61,741 bases of DNA from Syntrophomonadaceae bacterium (GTDB taxonomy: Bacteria > Bacillota > Ch66 > Ch109): positions 1 through 61,741 of the forward strand of contig JAAYQE010000140.1 in assembly GCA_012519455.1 (NCBI GenBank), given 5' to 3'. The first letter of the stretch is position 1; each line of letters begins with the position of its first letter. The notes beneath the pieces are model-generated. The model did not search any database and was not told the DNA's origin. It saw nothing but the letters and a program-made list of their open reading frames with translations. Position numbers and translations under genes: made by a program. Positions 57,328 through 61,741 of the stretch are shown piece after piece.

Positions 57328-58433
57328 GCCGAATCAGAGCGGTATTGATCAAAGAAATTCTCCAAATGCGCCGGGATCGCCTGACCTTAGCTTTAATTTT
57401 TATGATTCCTTTAATTCAACTTCTTTTATTTGGCTATGCCATTCAAACCGAGGTCAAGCATGTTCCAACGGTCGTCTTTGACCAATCCCTATCCCGGGAA
57501 AGTCGGGATTTACTGGACGCTTTTTCAGCCTCTAGTTATTTTGATGTCAAATATAACGCGAAAAGTTATACCGAAGTTAATCAAATAATTGACAGCGGAA
57601 AAGCCAAAGTCGGCGTTATTTTTCCGCCGGATTTTGCCCACCAGATTCATCGCGGGGTATCTGCTCCGGTCCAGGTTATTGTCGATGCTAGCGATAATAT
57701 GGTAGCCAATCAGGCCCTTGCCATCGCCAATTCTATTGGGTTGATCAAGTCGCAGGAAATGTTAGTGCAAAAGATGCATATTCAAGGGCCTCCGTATGAG
57801 GTAAGGGTGCGGCCGTGGTATAATCCCGACGGCATTACCGCTTATTACATGGTGCCGGCCATTTTAGGCATTGTCGTTACCATGACCATGGTTATCATTA
57901 CCGCGGTGGCCATTGTACGGGAAAGAGAAAGAGGAACTTTAGAACAGCTACTAGTTACCCCGATTAAACCTTATGAATTAATGATCGGAAAAATCTTGCC
58001 TTATATCGTTTTAGGTTATATTCAAATTACGGTAGCCTTATTAGTTGGGGTTTTAGTGTTCCACGTCCCTATAAGAGGCAGTTTGCTGGAATTGTACCTG
58101 CTAACCTTATTTTTTATTACCGCCTCCCTGGGATTAGGTATTTTAATCTCCAATTTAGCGAAAAACCAGATGCAGGCCTTTCAGATGTCCTTTTTTGTTA
58201 TGCTGCCCAGTATTCTTCTTTCCGGATTCATGTTTCCGCGGGATGCCATGCCTAAATTTATCTATTATATAAGTGCTTTAATTCCGCTTACTTATTATTT
58301 GGATATTATTCGTGGCATCATTTTAAAAGGAATCGGTTTTTCTTATTTAATCGGACAAGTTACATCTTTGCTCGTCTTCTCCGTAGTACTCTTGATCGTA
58401 AGTACCCTAAAATTTAAGAAAAAAATAATCTAA
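57324..58433 (+). CDS. ABC-2 permease (YbhS/R-like); true start GTG 57324
   Basis: KEILQMRRDR, YNP, VRERERGTLEQLLVTP, SGFMFP; GTGA overlap with the upstream stop. Confidence 0.92.
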   Translation: MSRIRAVLIKEILQMRRDRLTLALIFMIPLIQLLLFGYAIQTEVKHVPTVVFDQSLSRESRDLLDAFSASSYFDVKYNAKSYTEVNQIIDSGKAKVGVIFPPDFAHQIHRGVSAPVQVIVDASDNMVANQALAIANSIGLIKSQEMLVQKMHIQGPPYEVRVRPWYNPDGITAYYMVPAILGIVVTMTMVIITAVAIVRERERGTLEQLLVTPIKPYELMIGKILPYIVLGYIQITVALLVGVLVFHVPIRGSLLELYLLTLFFITASLGLGILISNLAKNQMQAFQMSFFVMLPSILLSGFMFPRDAMPKFIYYISALIPLTYYLDIIRGIILKGIGFSYLIGQVTSLLVFSVVLLIVSTLKFKKKII

Positions 58434-58532
58434 GCTTAATAAGCATCGAATAGGATAGGCCGCGAAGAAACGGAAGGCAAAGCGTTGGTTGTATAGCGTA
58501 AGGTTGAGGTTATAAAGGTAGGGGTTGTTTAC

Positions 58533-59111
58533 ATGGAAAGTAAAAACGATAAAATGAAGCAGCGCGTTATTTTAGCTTGCCGTGATTTAGTTCAGAACCG
58601 GGGTTTGCATAATTTAACGATGGATAAATTGGCGGCCCATGCTGGTCTTAGTAAACGAACGATTTATCGTCACTTTAAGAGCAAAGAAGAAATAATTGAA
58701 GCCAGTTTGGAATTATTCCTCGCCGACACTATAGAACACCTGGATCAAATTCTAGTTAAGGAGAAAAATCCCACCCAAATCATTTCCAACCTTTTTCCGT
58801 ATATTTACCAGCAGGGTCAGTTTTTATTAAATAAAGAGGGACTCAATGATTTACGGCAGCATTATCCGCAACTGTGGCGGAAAATTAAAACGATCAGAGA
58901 GGAGAGAATCAAAACTCTAACCGCCTTATTAATCGAAAAAAGTGATGAAAACGCGGTAGTGCGGCAAATTAATCCGTGTATCGTAAACGAAGTCATCTTG
59001 GCTTCGATTAATGCCGTCGTAACTCCGGACTTTATCCTAGAAAATAATTTAACTTTTGAAGAAATAACCGAGCAAATGGGGAAGATCCTTACCCGCCTTT
59101 TTTTACCATAA
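58533..59111 (+). CDS. TetR/AcrR-family regulator
   Basis: LTMDKLAAHAGLSKRTIYRHFKSKEE HTH. Confidence 0.92.
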   Translation: MESKNDKMKQRVILACRDLVQNRGLHNLTMDKLAAHAGLSKRTIYRHFKSKEEIIEASLELFLADTIEHLDQILVKEKNPTQIISNLFPYIYQQGQFLLNKEGLNDLRQHYPQLWRKIKTIREERIKTLTALLIEKSDENAVVRQINPCIVNEVILASINAVVTPDFILENNLTFEEITEQMGKILTRLFLP

Positions 59112-59116
59112 CTTTT

Positions 59117-59401
59117 TTACCATAATTGATGCATATGCGGTCCGTAATCTAGGCCTTCTTCTTCGTCCTCCACTTCCTCGATTTCAGCCAATCCGATTTC
59201 TGAACTGGTTTCTTCTATATACATAGGTGATATTGGTTGGGAAGCAGCCGTATAGGCCGGAATAGATATTGAATGTTGGTTTAAAATAAAACGCAAAAAT
59301 TGTTGGACCGTATATAGTTCTCCCTCCGGTACAGCTTCAAGCAAAGGGAAAAGCTCTTCTTGGGCGGTAGGAACGATATCTTTAAAAGTGTGCATAGCCA
59401 C
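59117..59401 (-). CDS. Hypothetical acidic protein
   Basis: AGGAG RBS; acidic C-terminus; no recognisable motif. Confidence 0.55.
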   Translation of the reverse strand: MAMHTFKDIVPTAQEELFPLLEAVPEGELYTVQQFLRFILNQHSISIPAYTAASQPISPMYIEETSSEIGLAEIEEVEDEEEGLDYGPHMHQLW

Positions 59402-59572
59402 TCTCCTTATTTATTATCGTTATTTATTTTCGGCTTTTTAGTATTCTTTACAAGGGGCCTGAGAGGTATTCAGACCTAGGCAGCAAGATTCAAGGTTTAA
59501 AAAGGCATGAAAGGTTAAATTTTAACCGATAATAAAACATGGTTAGTCATTATAAATTAAGGAGAGGTATGC

Positions 59573-59740
59573 ATGGATAGCCACAGAGCACAGGAGATAA
59601 TTGATTCCTTAGGGGTAATTGAAGTGCGGCACCAAGGGGCTTCGGTCTGGATTGAACAGGTAGATAATAATGAAGCAGAAATCCGTTATTTGCATAGTGG
59701 TCGCCAAACCCGGGTACCGGTTCAGGAATTAACCGAGTAG
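59573..59740 (+). CDS. sspH: H-type small acid-soluble spore protein (55 aa), not in ORF track
   Basis: MDSHRAQEIIDSLGVIEVRHQGASVWIEQVD...VPVQELTE matches the SspH pattern (RA.EI..S...I.V.Y.G.PVWI...V...L.E); AAGGAGAGG RBS; upstream CATTATA resembles a sigmaG -10. Confidence 0.82.
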   Translation: MDSHRAQEIIDSLGVIEVRHQGASVWIEQVDNNEAEIRYLHSGRQTRVPVQELTE

Positions 59741-59818
59741 ATCTTTATTTCAAGCTGTTCTCCGGATACGGTATATATCTCCAAACCCCGAATATTTTAG
59801 ATAAGGGGTGAGGAAAAA

Positions 59819-60766
59819 ATGACCCGGGAAGAGTTTTATCGCGTTACCCGTTCTCTAACCGGCCCAGAATATTTGGCGCAAACGCTCTACTCTCTTCGAG
59901 ACCTTTACCGCGCGCGGCCGGGACAAAAGATACCCGTAGTATGGATCGAGGTTGGGGGTTGTGGGGGAAACACCATTTCTTTACTTAATGCCGTGGGTCC
60001 GGATTTGAACCAAATTCTCGGTAATTTAATTGACCTGCGTTTTCAGAATACTTTAATGTGGGCCGAAGATGATGAGGCCTTAAGGATCTTAAAAAGAACT
60101 ACCGAAAATCCGCAGGGTTTTTTACTCCTGGTCGAGGGTGCTATCGCGCGTCGGGATCAGGGTAAATATAATTTTGTAGCTATAGGTAACCGGAAAATTT
60201 TGACCGGAGCCAGCTTGGTGGCCGAAATAGCCCCTCGTGCCTTAAATATTATAGCCGTAGGAACCTGTGCTTCGTTTGGCGGGCCTACGGCGGCCAGTCC
60301 TAATCCCTCTGACAGCGTAGGGGTAGGCAATTTTTTGGGCCGAAAAGTAATCAATGTTTCCGGCTGTCCTGCACATCCTGATTGGATTGTGGGCACTTTA
60401 GCCCATTTATTACTGTTTGGGGAGCCCGAAGTCGATGAATTTGGGCGTCCTTTACTTTTTTACGGGGAAACAGTACATCGGCGTTGTACCCGGCGCTCCT
60501 TTTTTGATCGTCGCCTTTTTGCCCAAAAGTTAGGCGACACCGAATGCATGTTTAAATTGGGCTGTAAAGGCCCTTTAACGCATGCCGATTGCCCGCAGCG
60601 CCAGTGGAACTGCTATGTAAACTGGCCGGTAAAAGCTAATACGCCCTGTATTGGTTGTACAGAACCAATCTACCCGGATGGTATGGAACCCTTTTTCCAA
60701 CCACCTTTTCCCCTAGAAGAAGAAGGTGGATCAGAGGAGGATAAGGAAAGGGGGGGCCGGCCATGA
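59819..60766 (+). CDS. [NiFe]-hydrogenase small subunit (no Tat signal; CGGN proximal motif)
   Basis: WIEVGGCGGNTISL, VGTCASFGG, SGCPAHP, HRRC, CMFKLGCKGP, PCIGC. Confidence 0.9.
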   Translation: MTREEFYRVTRSLTGPEYLAQTLYSLRDLYRARPGQKIPVVWIEVGGCGGNTISLLNAVGPDLNQILGNLIDLRFQNTLMWAEDDEALRILKRTTENPQGFLLLVEGAIARRDQGKYNFVAIGNRKILTGASLVAEIAPRALNIIAVGTCASFGGPTAASPNPSDSVGVGNFLGRKVINVSGCPAHPDWIVGTLAHLLLFGEPEVDEFGRPLLFYGETVHRRCTRRSFFDRRLFAQKLGDTECMFKLGCKGPLTHADCPQRQWNCYVNWPVKANTPCIGCTEPIYPDGMEPFFQPPFPLEEEGGSEEDKERGGRP

Positions 60767-61741
60767 AAACATCGCCACCAGATTCACGATCACCTTCCAC
60801 AACCAACCGAGGGGGACGGAAAATATCCTTAAGCCCGATTACCCGCAGCAGCGGCCCCTTGAGTATTCAGGTAGTAGTAAACCAGGGCCGGGTGGTTAAT
60901 GCCCAGGTGATTGGTGGGCTGTTTCGGGGATACGAGTTGATTATGGTCGGACGCGATCCTTTTGATGCTACATACCTTACGGAAAAAATCTGCGGCATTT
61001 GTTCTACTGCTCACGCTATGGTATCCAGTTTAATGCTAGAAGAACTATATTTCACCGAGGTACCGCCGAACGGGTGGATAATCCGAAATTTGATGCTCGG
61101 GGCGGAATTTTTACAAAATCATTTACGTCATTTTTACTTTTTAGAGTTACCCGATTATCTTCAGGGACCCACCTGCTTTCCTTTTATCAATCCAGGTGGC
61201 CGGGATTATCGTTTCTCTCCTAAAGTAAATGAGCGTCTATTAAATCACTATTATGAAGCGGTAAAAGCGAGCCTTTTAGCTCATGAATTACTCGCCCTTT
61301 TTGGCGCAAAAGTACCGCATGCGCATGGCTTAGTGCCTGGTGGTGCTACGGTAGAACCTCGCGCGGATCTGATTAATAAGTTTGGTGCAGTTTTAGCTCA
61401 GATACGTCACTTTATTGACACCTGCCTGCTGCCCGATACCGAATTACTAGCCGAAACTTATGCGGATTACTTTCAAATTGGCCAGGGTCCGGGTAATTTT
61501 CTTTCTTATGGAGGCTTCTCCAGAGGAAAAGAGGAATACCAGATACCAGCCGGCGTAATTCTAGGTGGAGAATGGCAGCCTTTGGACCTGGATAAGATAA
61601 CGGAATCCGTTGAATATAGCTGGTTTCGGAAGCAACCGGCAAAAAGGGTTACGGACTTAGAGGCTGTAAAGCAACCGGAGTCGAATAAACCAGGAGCCTA
61701 CACCTGGGTGATTGCGCCCCGCTACGCTGGACAAGTGATGG
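60763..61741 (+). CDS. [NiFe]-hydrogenase large subunit-like, N-terminal part (runs off window; not in ORF track)
   Basis: ATG overlaps the small-subunit stop (ATGA). Hand translation gives PITRSSGPL, LFRGYE, GRDP, EKICGICSTAH, LQNHLRHFY, GAKVPHAHG..PGG, ESVEYSWF, AYTWVIAPRY. Confidence 0.88.
   Translation, partial: MKTSPPDSRSPSTTNRGGRKISLSPITRSSGPLSIQVVVNQGRVVNAQVIGGLFRGYELIMVGRDPFDATYLTEKICGICSTAHAMVSSLMLEELYFTEVPPNGWIIRNLMLGAEFLQNHLRHFYFLELPDYLQGPTCFPFINPGGRDYRFSPKVNERLLNHYYEAVKASLLAHELLALFGAKVPHAHGLVPGGATVEPRADLINKFGAVLAQIRHFIDTCLLPDTELLAETYADYFQIGQGPGNFLSYGGFSRGKEEYQIPAGVILGGEWQPLDLDKITESVEYSWFRKQPAKRVTDLEAVKQPESNKPGAYTWVIAPRYAGQVM

Noticed and set aside
1008-61642. Many short ORF-track entries antisense to or nested in long genes (e.g. 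1008-1361, 9125-9373, 14344-14670, 32074-33734 set, 60829-61642 set)
   Set aside because: They are shadow frames of well-supported genes and lack RBSs and recognisable motifs.

Overview
A 61.7-kb chromosomal window from an anaerobic, probably spore-forming Clostridia-type firmicute (lineage inferred from gene content only). It is mostly housekeeping and accessory genes. An IS21 left end interrupts a gene at the start. Other content: folE-ypmA-lepB-surE-selD (SelD is a UGA/Sec selenoprotein with a SECIS), a SpoVB-like flippase, an EF-G paralogue, ilvE, tRNA-Trp, ddl, futalosine genes mqnE-mqnA-mqnC, a thiouridylase-like/TudS-like pair, DacB-like, HtrA, GlcD/GlcF-like oxidoreductase, murB, tRNA-Ala(CGC), a c-di-GMP-I riboswitch plus diguanylate cyclase, an rtcB-recD2-tex-dinB-yolD-like repair cluster, a YbhG/F/S-type ABC exporter with TetR, SspH, and the start of a [NiFe]-hydrogenase-like operon. 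The best novel-system candidate is at 36061-39550. A CBS-PAS-PAS sigma54 activator is followed by two paralogous uncharacterised ~82-aa membrane proteins. Each has its own -24/-12 promoter and upstream TGG-N12-CCR palindromes, two of which lie inside the activator's own 3' coding end. The second candidate is the hydrogenase, which has non-canonical catalytic motifs (RSSGP for RxEGH, KICGIC, small-subunit CGGN, no Tat signal).
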